From an uncultured Azospirillum sp. (lineage in GTDB: Bacteria; Pseudomonadota; Alphaproteobacteria; CACIAM-22H2), in contig CAYQDN010000023.1 of NCBI GenBank assembly GCA_964416335.1, forward strand, positions 693-64,692: 64,000 nt of DNA, read 5' to 3'. The stretch's first letter is position 1. Each line of letters opens with the position of its first letter. The notes under the pieces are model-generated. The model was not told the DNA's origin and did not search any database. It was given only the letters and a program-made list of their open reading frames with translations. Shown piece by piece: positions 11,341 through 20,432 of this stretch. The translations under genes and the position numbers were made by a program.

Positions 11341-11808
11341 ATGCGCCTCCAATCGACGTTACTTGCTTCCGTCGCCGCCCTAGCGATCCCGATGGGGGCG
11401 GCCGCGCAGACGCATGCGACCCTGGATTCGAGAGAGTCGGCCTACGATTTCGAGACGAGCGTTTCCCGGCTCGAGGCGGCCATTTCAGAGAAGGGTATGT
11501 TTCTTGTCGCGACGGCCAGCGCATCGCGCGCGGCAAGAGGGCAGGGAATCGAGATACCTGGAAATGCGGTTCTTCTCGTCTTCCGGAATGACTATGCAAG
11601 ACGGATGCTGGCTGCGAGCGTCGATGCCGGAATAGAAGCGCCACTACGCATCTACGTGACTCAGGTTCCGGGAAAGGGCGTTAAGATTGCGTGGCAGGTG
11701 CCATCGGCCGTATTCGCGCCCTACGCAAATGCCGACCTCACTGCGATGGCGCGCGAGCTCGATCCGATTTTCGCATCGATCGTCGCCGCTGCGATATCGG
11801 CGAAATAG
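11341..11808 (+). CDS. Secreted DUF302-domain protein
   Basis: 155 aa from ATG 11341 with signal peptide 'MRLQSTLLASVAALAIPMGAAAQ'. Size and core resemble DUF302. Confidence 0.55.
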   Translation: MRLQSTLLASVAALAIPMGAAAQTHATLDSRESAYDFETSVSRLEAAISEKGMFLVATASASRAARGQGIEIPGNAVLLVFRNDYARRMLAASVDAGIEAPLRIYVTQVPGKGVKIAWQVPSAVFAPYANADLTAMARELDPIFASIVAAAISAK

Positions 11809-11811
11809 GCC

Positions 11812-12855
11812 ATGGCGATCCTGTTCTTCCTCCTTCTTCTTGGCGCCGGCCTCGGATACTGCCTGGTCGGTGGAGGCATCAGCTTTGCCGGTGCCTATAG
11901 GTCCTGGCTGAGCCGCGGCGATACGCAGGGTGTCCGGGTTCAACTCGTGTTCCTGGCGGCCGGCATAACCCTGCACGCCGTCTATTTTGGGTTTGCCGGA
12001 TCTAGCGGAGGATTCGTGGCGCCGACCGGCGTTGCAGTCGCCACCGGCGCGTTCGTGTTCGGGATCGGGATGCAGTTCGCTCGCGGCTGCGGATCCGGCG
12101 CGCTGGCGGCACTCGGTGCCGGCAGCTTGCGTATGCGACTTGTTCTTCCAGCTTTTATCGCGGGTTCTTTCTGGGGGTCGCTGGACGCCGGATTCTGGGA
12201 TCGATTGCCGGCGTTCCCCGCCGTGTCTTTGGGTGAAATCTGGGGCTGGCCGATGGCTGCGAGCTTGCAGATCGCCGTGATCGGACTGATATGGATCCTT
12301 CTGCCAGGCGATACTCGGCTGACCGGACGGCAGGTCGGGACAGCATTCATTCTCGCTGTGCTCGCAGTGCTGTGTCTGCCGCTGGCGGGCCATCCGTGGG
12401 GCATTACCTGGGGGTTCGCCTTGGTTGGCGCAAAAGCTGCGGCTGCACTTGGCTGGATGCCGGGCCCTGGCACGACATGGTCGCAAGGCTGGATGGCGCA
12501 GGCACTCCTGGACCCGGTATGGACCGATTCAACAGTGCTAATGGATGTTGGACTTGTTTCGGGCGCGTTCGCGGCCGCTCAATCGCAATCGACAAAGAGC
12601 GCGTTCGTGCGACCGGATCGGGCCGGATGGATACTGGCCGCGACCGGCGGACTGGCAATGGGCTATGGCGCCCGCATTTCAAGCGGGTGCAATATCGGTG
12701 CGTTCGTCGGCGGGATCGTGTCCGGGAGTCCGCATGGATGGCTATGGATCATGGCTGCGTTGGCGGGCAGTCGTCTTGGAATTGCTCTTGGCGAACGCTG
12801 GCAGGAGCCCGCGGCCCGGATAAGCGGCTCACCCATAGGTTCGCCCGGCACATAG
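11812..12855 (+). CDS. YeeE/YedE-family sulfur-compound (thiosulfate) transporter
   Basis: 347 aa, polytopic. Cys-containing motifs 'GYCLVGG' (C17), 'ARGCGSGA' (C93), 'SSGCNIGA' (C293). Starts 3 nt after the DUF302 stop. Confidence 0.75.
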   Translation: MAILFFLLLLGAGLGYCLVGGGISFAGAYRSWLSRGDTQGVRVQLVFLAAGITLHAVYFGFAGSSGGFVAPTGVAVATGAFVFGIGMQFARGCGSGALAALGAGSLRMRLVLPAFIAGSFWGSLDAGFWDRLPAFPAVSLGEIWGWPMAASLQIAVIGLIWILLPGDTRLTGRQVGTAFILAVLAVLCLPLAGHPWGITWGFALVGAKAAAALGWMPGPGTTWSQGWMAQALLDPVWTDSTVLMDVGLVSGAFAAAQSQSTKSAFVRPDRAGWILAATGGLAMGYGARISSGCNIGAFVGGIVSGSPHGWLWIMAALAGSRLGIALGERWQEPAARISGSPIGSPGT

Positions 12856-12926
12856 TCACTGCTTTCGCCTGATATACCGAAAACCGGAATTCGTCCAACC
12901 AACCAACCGACTGAGGGGAACTGCCC

Positions 12927-13613
12927 GTGCTAAAATTTTATTTCAATGGCTCGCCCAATCCTTCGAAGGTTGCGTTGTTTCTCGAAGAGGCGGCGATCCC
13001 ATACGAACCGAAGCCGGTTGATACGCGCAAGGGCGAGCAATTCGGCGCTGCGTTTCTCGCCGTGAACCCAAATGGCAAGGTTCCCGCGATCGATGACGAT
13101 GGCGTGATCGTCTTCGATAGCAATGCAATCCTTCTTTATCTGGCCGAAAAGACGGGAAAGTTCCTTCCGCCGGCGTCTCCAGCCAATCGAGGCCAGCTCC
13201 TGTCATGGCTGATGTTCGTCGCCACCGGCGTCGGTCCATTTTCGGGCCAGGCGGTCCATTTCAAGCATTTCGCGCCGGAAAAGGTGCCTTATGCCCACAA
13301 TCGCTACCAGTTCGAGGCGATGCGGCACTTCTCGGTACTCGATGCGCATCTCGCGAATCGGCGCTACATGGTTGGCGATACGTATACGATCGTCGATATG
13401 GATATTTGGGGATGGGCCCGGATGGTGCCCTTTATCCTCGGTGATGAGGCATGGGCAAAGCTTCCGAATCTCAAGCGACTGTTCGACGAGATATCTGCAA
13501 GACCGACCGCTGCGCGCGCGCTGGCATTGAAGGATAGATTCACCTTCAAGGCGGAAATGGATGAGGAGGCTCGCCGTCACATGTTCCGCCATCTGGCGAA
13601 AGCCGCCTCCTAG
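12927..13613 (+). CDS. Glutathione S-transferase, YfcG/Nu-class-like
   Basis: 228 aa from GTG 12927. 'KFYFNGSPNPSKVALFLEE', 'NPNGKVPAIDD', 'FDSNAILLYLAEKTGKFLP' resemble E. coli YfcG. Confidence 0.8.
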   Translation: MLKFYFNGSPNPSKVALFLEEAAIPYEPKPVDTRKGEQFGAAFLAVNPNGKVPAIDDDGVIVFDSNAILLYLAEKTGKFLPPASPANRGQLLSWLMFVATGVGPFSGQAVHFKHFAPEKVPYAHNRYQFEAMRHFSVLDAHLANRRYMVGDTYTIVDMDIWGWARMVPFILGDEAWAKLPNLKRLFDEISARPTAARALALKDRFTFKAEMDEEARRHMFRHLAKAAS

Positions 13614-13718
13614 GCGATCGGCCGCTTGAGGGGGCTTCCATTCGTTGGTCCTGACTGCAGGACTTCTCTGCAATCGAATTCTGCTAAGCTCGACCAACAA
13701 CTAGACTGGAGAATCGCG

Positions 13719-15671
13719 GTGCGCCGGTTGACTCTAGGTGCTCTGGTAGTGGTTCTTTCAAGCAGCTTCTCTGCGAATGCGTCGGGCGAAGGTTCCGGCG
13801 CATTCGCGGACGGGACGCTGCAGTCTTTGCAGATCAGGTTTGGCCTGCTGCGTCGGAGCATTGTCGATATTGCAGGTGCATTTCCGGATCTGCCCGTCGC
13901 GATCGTCGGGGCGGTTCAAGCGCTGGTCGATCCGCAGGTGGGCCAGGGCCTTGCTTCTTTGGCAGCCACGATATTCGTCATATTCCTGGTCGCTCTTGCA
14001 TCTGCTCGCATCACGCGGGCCTTGCTTGCGGGGCTGCGCGCGGATCTCGTCGGATCCAACGACAGCAGCCTTGGGCCGGTTTCGGCTGTCGCCGTTGTTG
14101 GTCTCGATCTTGCGGAACGCATCGTGGTCGCCGTCGTTGCCGGGATTGGCGCCGACATTCTGCTGACGTCATCGGACGCGTTGTCGCGGTTTGGCTTCGC
14201 AGTCGTGTTTGCTGGCGCGATCTGGTGGACGGTCATGCTCTTGATCGAGGTGCTCCTGCGACCGCAAATGCCGCAGCTGCGCCTCGTTTCGATCGACGAT
14301 CGCGCCGCGACTTTCGTGTGGTGGCTGGCCGGGGCCGTCACGGCGATCCTTCTGGCGGTCAACAAGCTCCTGCCGTTGCTGATTGGCTCTGGCTTGCCTG
14401 TGGTGCACGCGCAGGCAACGGCTCTGGCGGCAGGGACAATGGTCGTCGTTTGCATTGGATCGTCCCTTGGACGCATGGGCGTTACCGGCCTTGCAGCGAT
14501 GCGTGCGGCGCGCCTTGCTCTGGCTGCGTTCTGGCTGGCCATGGCGATTGGCGTTCTGCGCATCGACCTTGCGATCGTTGACTCGCTTGTGATGACGATT
14601 CTGGTCGTCGCCGTTGCCATCGCAATCGACAGGCTGATCGGACTTGGCAATGGCGCCGAAAGCGACGGACGCCTTCAGCAAGTCATCCGGCGATGCAGCC
14701 GGGTCGCGGCAACCGCGATCGTTCTTGCATTGCTTCTTGAGACTTGGCTCGTCGGTCAGTTCGAAATCTTCAGCGCTGCGCAATGGCACGAAGCGAGTCG
14801 GGCATCATTCACGAGCATAGCCGCCCTGTTCATCGGGTATATGGCCTGGGAAGCGATGCGGCACTGGATTGACCGAAAGATAGCAGGCTCGACCCCGGTC
14901 GTTGGACCTGGCGGCGATGGCGGTGAAATCTCGGCGGCATCGCGGTTCACAACCCTGCTTCCGCTGTTCCGCACGTTCGGGGCGATCACGATCTTTGTCC
15001 TGACGATGCTGGTGGCCTTGTCCGAATGGGGCGTCAACATCGTGCCGCTGCTCGCCGGTGCCAGTATCTTCGGATTGGCGATCAGCTTCGGGTCCCAATC
15101 TCTGGTGCGTGACATCGTTTCGGGAATCTTCTTCATCGCCGACGACGCGTTTCGCGTCGGCGAGTACGTTGACACCGGCAAGCTCAAAGGTACGGTCGAG
15201 GCAATCACCGTTCGATCGGTGAAGCTGCGTCACCAGAACGGGCAGGTGCACACAATCCCGTTCGGCCAGCTCCAGCATGTCACGAACTTCAGCCGCGATT
15301 GGGCAACGGTGAAATTCAATCTGCGCCTGGCCCGCGACAGCGACATCGAGAAGATACGCAAGACGATAAAGCGCATTGGCGGCGAAATGCAGGAGGATGA
15401 CGAACTTGGGCCGGAGATGATCGAGCCGCTAAAGCTGCAGGGTGTTGCGGACATCGTCGACAATGCACTGATTGTTCGCCTGAAATTTACGGCGCGCCCG
15501 GTCAAGCCAAGTTGGGTGCAGCGCGAAGCCCTGAAGCGCATACACAATCGGTTCAGGGAGGTCGGCATCGAATTCGCGAGCAACGCGGTTACGGTTCAGA
15601 CGGCCGACTTGGCCGTCGGCGGAGCTGCGGCTGCAGCTACCGCACGCCCGCAGGCATCGGCGACAGAATAG
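13719..15671 (+). CDS. Mechanosensitive ion channel, MscS family (large form)
   Basis: GTG 13719 after GGAGAA. Signal-like N-terminus and multiple TM helices. MscS core 'GASIFGLAISFGSQSLVRDIVSGIFFIADDAFRVGEYV'. Confidence 0.85.
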   Translation: MRRLTLGALVVVLSSSFSANASGEGSGAFADGTLQSLQIRFGLLRRSIVDIAGAFPDLPVAIVGAVQALVDPQVGQGLASLAATIFVIFLVALASARITRALLAGLRADLVGSNDSSLGPVSAVAVVGLDLAERIVVAVVAGIGADILLTSSDALSRFGFAVVFAGAIWWTVMLLIEVLLRPQMPQLRLVSIDDRAATFVWWLAGAVTAILLAVNKLLPLLIGSGLPVVHAQATALAAGTMVVVCIGSSLGRMGVTGLAAMRAARLALAAFWLAMAIGVLRIDLAIVDSLVMTILVVAVAIAIDRLIGLGNGAESDGRLQQVIRRCSRVAATAIVLALLLETWLVGQFEIFSAAQWHEASRASFTSIAALFIGYMAWEAMRHWIDRKIAGSTPVVGPGGDGGEISAASRFTTLLPLFRTFGAITIFVLTMLVALSEWGVNIVPLLAGASIFGLAISFGSQSLVRDIVSGIFFIADDAFRVGEYVDTGKLKGTVEAITVRSVKLRHQNGQVHTIPFGQLQHVTNFSRDWATVKFNLRLARDSDIEKIRKTIKRIGGEMQEDDELGPEMIEPLKLQGVADIVDNALIVRLKFTARPVKPSWVQREALKRIHNRFREVGIEFASNAVTVQTADLAVGGAAAAATARPQASATE

Positions 15672-15761
15672 GCATGCATCGGAGATGCGTTCCGTCGCCG
15701 GAAATTCACTGCATTCGATGCATTCGCATCGATGCGCAAGCGCCATAGGGATGACGTGCAC

Positions 15762-16502
15762 ATGAGTGTCGACCCAAAAAGAATCAAGCGGATCGGAATG
15801 CTGACTCCTTCGTCGAACACCGTCCTGGAGCCTGTAACGGCGGCAATCCTGGCCGATTTGGCGGATGTGACGGCGCATTTCGGGCGGTTTCGCGTGACGG
15901 AAATTTCCCTGAGCACTCAGGCGCTTGCGCAATTCGATTTGGCGCCAATCCTTGCCGCTTCGGGGCTTCTCGCGGATGCGCGCGTCAATGCGATCGTATG
16001 GAATGGAACGTCGGCTGGCTGGCTCGGGCTTGAGGCGGACCGGCAGCTTTGCGAAGCGATCAAGACGAGCACCGGAATCGACGCCGACACGTCCGTGCTG
16101 GCGATGGTCGATATGTTCCGGAAAGCAGGAGTGCGGCGTCTGGGTCTCGTCTCCCCCTATCTCGATGACATTCAGGCGAAGATCGTCTCGAACTTCGCAC
16201 GCGAAGGGTTCGATTGTGTCGCGGAGCGTCACTTGCGGGATCGGGGAAATTTCTCTTTTGCGGAAGTGACGGAGGAAACGATCGCCGAAATGATCCGGGA
16301 CGTCGCAAAATCGAGGCCGGATGCGATTTCGGTCTTCTGCACGAACATGCGCGGCGCTCCGATTGCAGCGGTACTCGAACGCGAGACCGGCATTCCGGTT
16401 TTCGACACGGTTGCGACGGGGGTTTGGGCCGGCATGCGGCTCGTGGGCGAACGCCCGGACCGCATCAAAGGGTGGGGCCGCGTATTTTCTGGTATCCGTT
16501 GA
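15762..16502 (+). CDS. Asp/Glu/hydantoin-racemase superfamily enzyme (maleate isomerase / arylmalonate decarboxylase-like)
   Basis: About 246 aa from ATG 15762. 'IGMLTPSSNTVLEP', 'WNGTSAGW', 'VFCTNMRGAP' match the two pseudo-symmetric half-sites of this fold. Confidence 0.6.
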   Translation: MSVDPKRIKRIGMLTPSSNTVLEPVTAAILADLADVTAHFGRFRVTEISLSTQALAQFDLAPILAASGLLADARVNAIVWNGTSAGWLGLEADRQLCEAIKTSTGIDADTSVLAMVDMFRKAGVRRLGLVSPYLDDIQAKIVSNFAREGFDCVAERHLRDRGNFSFAEVTEETIAEMIRDVAKSRPDAISVFCTNMRGAPIAAVLERETGIPVFDTVATGVWAGMRLVGERPDRIKGWGRVFSGIR

Positions 16503-16595
16503 AGGCGACGATATTCGGGTGAGCCGGGAAACAACGGTCTCGACGTATGGCTGCGCAAGCCAACGGGGTGCTTGCCGACGGATCATCCCGGAAAT

Positions 16596-17132
16596 TCAAT
16601 GTGGATCGACTGCGACGAAAACGATGGCGCCGGCGGCAAGCAGCAGCATCGGATGCAGCTTTGGCCTTAAGGCAAAGATCGCGGCCGAACCGAATGCGAC
16701 GACGTAGGTCAGCGCGCCGGATCCGCTGATGCGGAATATCGATATCATGCCGGCCAGGATCAGCGCGCTGGCGACGGGCGCAAGGCCGTTCTCGATCGCA
16801 CGATGCCAGTCCTTGCCGCGGTGCTTGTGCCAGACGCGAACGACCGCATAGCAGAGCACCGAAGAGGGGACGAACAGCGCGAGCGTCGCCACGATGGCGC
16901 CCGGCCATCCGTCGACATGCCATCCCACGAGCGTGGCGAGCATGCTGCCGGGGCCGGGGGCGGCGCGCGCGATCGCGAAGAGATTGACGAATTCGCGTGC
17001 CAGCAGCCAGTGACGTTCGTCGACCGTCTCGTGCTGGATCCCCGCGAAGATGCTCGGACCGCCGCCGATGGAAACGAGCGAGAACGGAACGAAAACCGCC
17101 AGCAGTTCCAGGAGCGGATTGTCGTCACGCAT
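16596..17132 (-). CDS. Chromate transporter, short-chain CHR family (second half-protein)
   Basis: 178 aa from 'MRDDNPLLELLAVFVPFSLVSIGGGPS...'. CHR motif and hydrophobic helices. Overlaps the upstream partner by 8 nt. Confidence 0.8.
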   Translation of the reverse strand: MRDDNPLLELLAVFVPFSLVSIGGGPSIFAGIQHETVDERHWLLAREFVNLFAIARAAPGPGSMLATLVGWHVDGWPGAIVATLALFVPSSVLCYAVVRVWHKHRGKDWHRAIENGLAPVASALILAGMISIFRISGSGALTYVVAFGSAAIFALRPKLHPMLLLAAGAIVFVAVDPH

Positions 17133-17682
17133 CGGAGCCCGTACCTCTCGGCCATGCGACGAAAACCGAGGCCGCACCCACGCAGACCACGACCGGAATG
17201 AACGGGAGCCGGAGAATCGCGACGCACAGGAACGTCGCGAGGAACGCGACGATCGACGGAAGCCGCCGGGTCGTGCGCCGCACGCTCTTGTAGCAGACGA
17301 GAATCAGCAGGCCGAGTGCGGCGGCCGTCACGCCATCGAGCACGCTCTCGACCCACGGCACGACCTTGAGCGCGCCGTAGACGCTGGCCAGGCCGACGAC
17401 GGCGAAGAACGGGCCCACGAGAAGGCCGAACACGGCGGTGACGGCGCCCGCACCGCCGCGGAGCTTCTGTCCGATATAGACGGACAGGTTCGAAACATTC
17501 GTGCCTGGAAGTATCTGGCTGATCGAGAGTCCGGAGAGGAATTCCTCCTCCGACAGCCATCCACGGGCCTGCACGATTTCCCGATACACCCAGCCCGACA
17601 TCCCGCCGCCGAAACTGAGCAGCCCGATGCGCGCAAACACGAGGAAAATGGCGAAGATCGAAACCGGGGGCGGCGCGTTCAT
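17125..17682 (-). CDS. Chromate transporter, short-chain CHR family (first half-protein)
   Basis: 185 aa from the ATG at complement 17680-17682. 'FARIGLLSFGGGMSGWVYREIV' and 'ISQILPGTNVSN'. The rest of ORF 17125..18951 is spurious read-through. Confidence 0.8.
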   Translation of the reverse strand: MNAPPPVSIFAIFLVFARIGLLSFGGGMSGWVYREIVQARGWLSEEEFLSGLSISQILPGTNVSNLSVYIGQKLRGGAGAVTAVFGLLVGPFFAVVGLASVYGALKVVPWVESVLDGVTAAALGLLILVCYKSVRRTTRRLPSIVAFLATFLCVAILRLPFIPVVVCVGAASVFVAWPRGTGSDA

Positions 17683-17834
17683 GGCGATTATGTCGCTGTG
17701 CAGGCTGGAGGAACGGGCAGCTGGCGCGATCGGAGCGGACTTGGCGTGAGGCACCCTATCGCATCGGGTTCCAGTGCGGAATTGCGAATCGCGCGGTCTG
17801 TCGCGAGGCAAACGGACGGGCACGAGCCGAATGT

Positions 17835-19055
17835 TCAAACCAGTGCGCCGGCGCCATCGGCAAGCCCCGTTCCGCCATAGAGCCACTGCAGCCGGTCGTA
17901 ATAGTCGTCCGGCGTCATCGCGCGCATCATCGCGTTGCGCAGGGCCGCACTTCCGCCAGCCGGATGGTAGATGTGGTCCCCGATCAGGCGCGACTGGATC
18001 TGGATGCGTGCCGTGCGATGGACGCGTTTCGCGCGATAGGCTTCGAACGCACGCGCATAGTCCCGGTCGGCGTTGCCGACCTCGTGGCTGAGGCAGACGG
18101 CATCCTCCATCGCCATGCACGCACCTTGAGCCATGTACTGCAATGTCGGGTGAGCGGCGTCGCCGAGCAGGGCTACGCGGCCATCGACCCAGTTGAGGAC
18201 CGGATCGCGATCGCACAGAACCCATTTCTTCCAATCGCTGCCGTGTTCGATGATCTTGCGCGCCCGCGCGCAGACATGACGGAAGCCCTGCAGGACCTCG
18301 CCTTGCGTCACGGGTTGGCCCGACACGGGTTCCGGCGCGTCGTTGTGATAGGTGACGACGAGATTGAACGACTTCCAGTCGGATAGCGGGTAGTGGACGA
18401 TGTGGCATTTCGGACCCGCCCAGAGCGTCGCGGCATTCCAGCGCAGCTCTTCGGGCATGTCCCGGGTCGGTATGACGGAACGATAGGTCGTGTGGCCGGT
18501 CACCCGCGGCGCGCCGTCGCCGACGAGCTGGGCGCGGATCCGCGAGAAAAGCCCGTCGGCGCCGATCAATGCGCAGCCGTCGACCGCTTCGCCGGATTTC
18601 ATCACGGCGGTCGCGCCGTCGCCGGATTGCCTGTATCCGGTCACTTCGGATGCCGTCCGAAGTTCGACGAGCGGGCTTTCGCGGCAGGCATTCAGGAAGA
18701 CGGCGTGCAAGTCGCCGCGATGGACGACCGCATACGGATTCTTGAAGCGTTTCCGGAAGGCCTCGTCGACCGGGATGCTGGCGATTTCGTCGTCGCTCAT
18801 CGCATCCATCAGGCAGAGCTTGTCGATATAGACCGCCATCCGGCGCGCGGCATCGCCGATGCCGAGATAGTCGAATGCATGGAATGCGTTCGGGCCAAGC
18901 TGGATTCCCGCACCGATCTCGCCGAACCTGTGGGCCCGCTCGAGCACGCACGATGCGATCCCCTTGCGTGCGAGACCAAGGGCGGTCGCGAGCCCGCCGA
19001 TGCCGCCGCCGGCGATCAGGACTGGCCCGGGTTCCGCCTTGGGGAATTCAGCCAC
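17835..19055 (-). CDS. FAD-dependent aromatic monooxygenase, 3-hydroxybenzoate 6-hydroxylase / salicylate hydroxylase-like
   Basis: 406 aa from a GTG start. 'VLIAGGGIGGLATALGLARKG' (FAD GxGxxG), 'LIGADGLFSRIR', 'LLGDAAHPTLQYMAQGACMAMEDA'. Confidence 0.7.
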   Translation of the reverse strand: MAEFPKAEPGPVLIAGGGIGGLATALGLARKGIASCVLERAHRFGEIGAGIQLGPNAFHAFDYLGIGDAARRMAVYIDKLCLMDAMSDDEIASIPVDEAFRKRFKNPYAVVHRGDLHAVFLNACRESPLVELRTASEVTGYRQSGDGATAVMKSGEAVDGCALIGADGLFSRIRAQLVGDGAPRVTGHTTYRSVIPTRDMPEELRWNAATLWAGPKCHIVHYPLSDWKSFNLVVTYHNDAPEPVSGQPVTQGEVLQGFRHVCARARKIIEHGSDWKKWVLCDRDPVLNWVDGRVALLGDAAHPTLQYMAQGACMAMEDAVCLSHEVGNADRDYARAFEAYRAKRVHRTARIQIQSRLIGDHIYHPAGGSAALRNAMMRAMTPDDYYDRLQWLYGGTGLADGAGALV

Positions 19056-19107
19056 GACATTTCATATGACTGCTGCCTGCATTGGGTGCGGCGTTGGTCG
19101 CGACGGC

Positions 19108-19563
19108 CTAGAGCTGCACGCCGATGCGACGGTCGAGCGAATATGCGCCGCCGCCGCGCAGTGCGATGGCCAGCATGATCAGGCCCCACATCAGCGGGTA
19201 CTCGTATCCCGGGATCGTCCATCCGAATCCGCTGTGGAGGTAGTGGTAGGCGATCACCGCCATCTCGATCGCGATGGCCGCCGCCCAGAAGCGCGTGAAC
19301 AGCCCCAACGCCACGCACAGGCCGCCGACGGTCTCGAGCGTGATGATCCCGATGGCAAACGGGTATGCCGGCTCGATGCCCCGGCGCACCAGCGCCATCT
19401 GTGCGGTCGCTTCCACGCCCGCGATCAGCTTCGGGATGCCGTGCGGCAGGATCATCAGGCCGACCGTGGCGCGCACGAGCGGCCAAGCGAGGGGATCAAG
19501 GCGCTCGTAGAGAGGCCGGAGCTGCGGAAAAAGGAGACGCGGCTCGTTCGCGGACTCGGACAT
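19108..19563 (-). CDS. DoxX-family membrane protein
   Basis: 151 aa from ATG 19563, preceded by AAGGGGGG. 'LVRATVGLMILPHGIPKL' and four helices. Confidence 0.65.
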   Translation of the reverse strand: MSESANEPRLLFPQLRPLYERLDPLAWPLVRATVGLMILPHGIPKLIAGVEATAQMALVRRGIEPAYPFAIGIITLETVGGLCVALGLFTRFWAAAIAIEMAVIAYHYLHSGFGWTIPGYEYPLMWGLIMLAIALRGGGAYSLDRRIGVQL

Positions 19564-19685
19564 GTTCCCCCCTTTTCGTTCCTTCGGCATCGTTCGCGCC
19601 GATCGAACCGACTATAGCGTCACGAAGACGGTGCGGGAACTCTTGATGAGGGGAAACCGGAGAAAGTGCGTGCGTGCCGCGGACG

Positions 19686-20432
19686 TCACGCGAGTTGGCC
19701 GTTCGCGCGCATGCGCCATAGATCCCAGGCCCGGTTGATCTGGCCGTCATTGGTCGCACTGGCCGCCGCCGCCTCCGCCGGCGTGAGGTAGACCGGTGCG
19801 CCAAGCCGCATGGCCTCGCCTTGTATCCGGGCGTTGAGTTCGGTGTAGATCGCCCGGAATACCGCCTGGCGGAGGCTCGTGCCGATCACGGTGGATCCGT
19901 GACCGCGCATCAGGACGACGGCATTCGCGCCGAGCTTCGCGGCAAGTGCGGCGCCCAGCTTGGGGTCGCGTATGAGCATGTCGCTTCCGTCGCCGGCGAC
20001 CTCGCGGATCTCGAAGATCGGGGTGCTGGCGCCGAGGAATCCGCACATGTGGCAGACGGGACGAAGCGGTGCACCGGGAACGACGCTGAACGGCACGACG
20101 GCCGGCGAATGCGAGTGCACCACGGCCACGGCATCGGCGCGTGCCCGGTAGATTTCGCCGTGGATGAAGCGTTCGAGATAGACCGGACGTCCGCCCGCAT
20201 CGACGGCTTTCCCGTCGAGATCGAACGTCACGATGTCTTCCGGCGCGACCAGTGCGGGCGCCATGCTCCTTGCGAGAAGGAAATACCCGGGATCGTCCGG
20301 GTGCCGCATGCTGACATGGCCGAATCCGTCGACGACGCCCTGCCTGAAGAGGATGTGGTTCGCGTCGACGATATCCGACAGCAGTGCGGGATCGAGCGAG
20401 GAACGCGTCGGGGGGTGGCTGCCGTTTCCCAT
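19686..20432 (-). CDS. Class II aldolase/adducin-domain protein
   Basis: 248 aa from the ATG at complement 20430-20432, with GGAGA upstream. 'FGHVSMR', 'VVHSHSPAVVPFS', 'MRGHGSTVIG' (metal-binding His pattern). Confidence 0.75.
   Translation of the reverse strand: MGNGSHPPTRSSLDPALLSDIVDANHILFRQGVVDGFGHVSMRHPDDPGYFLLARSMAPALVAPEDIVTFDLDGKAVDAGGRPVYLERFIHGEIYRARADAVAVVHSHSPAVVPFSVVPGAPLRPVCHMCGFLGASTPIFEIREVAGDGSDMLIRDPKLGAALAAKLGANAVVLMRGHGSTVIGTSLRQAVFRAIYTELNARIQGEAMRLGAPVYLTPAEAAAASATNDGQINRAWDLWRMRANGQLA

Noticed and set aside
13648-13663. Hairpin GTCCTG-ACTG-CAGGAC followed by TTCTCT, downstream of the GST gene. It could be an intrinsic terminator.
   Set aside because: A 6-bp stem with a weak, interrupted T-tract is not strong enough to call a terminator without folding energetics or 3'-end data.
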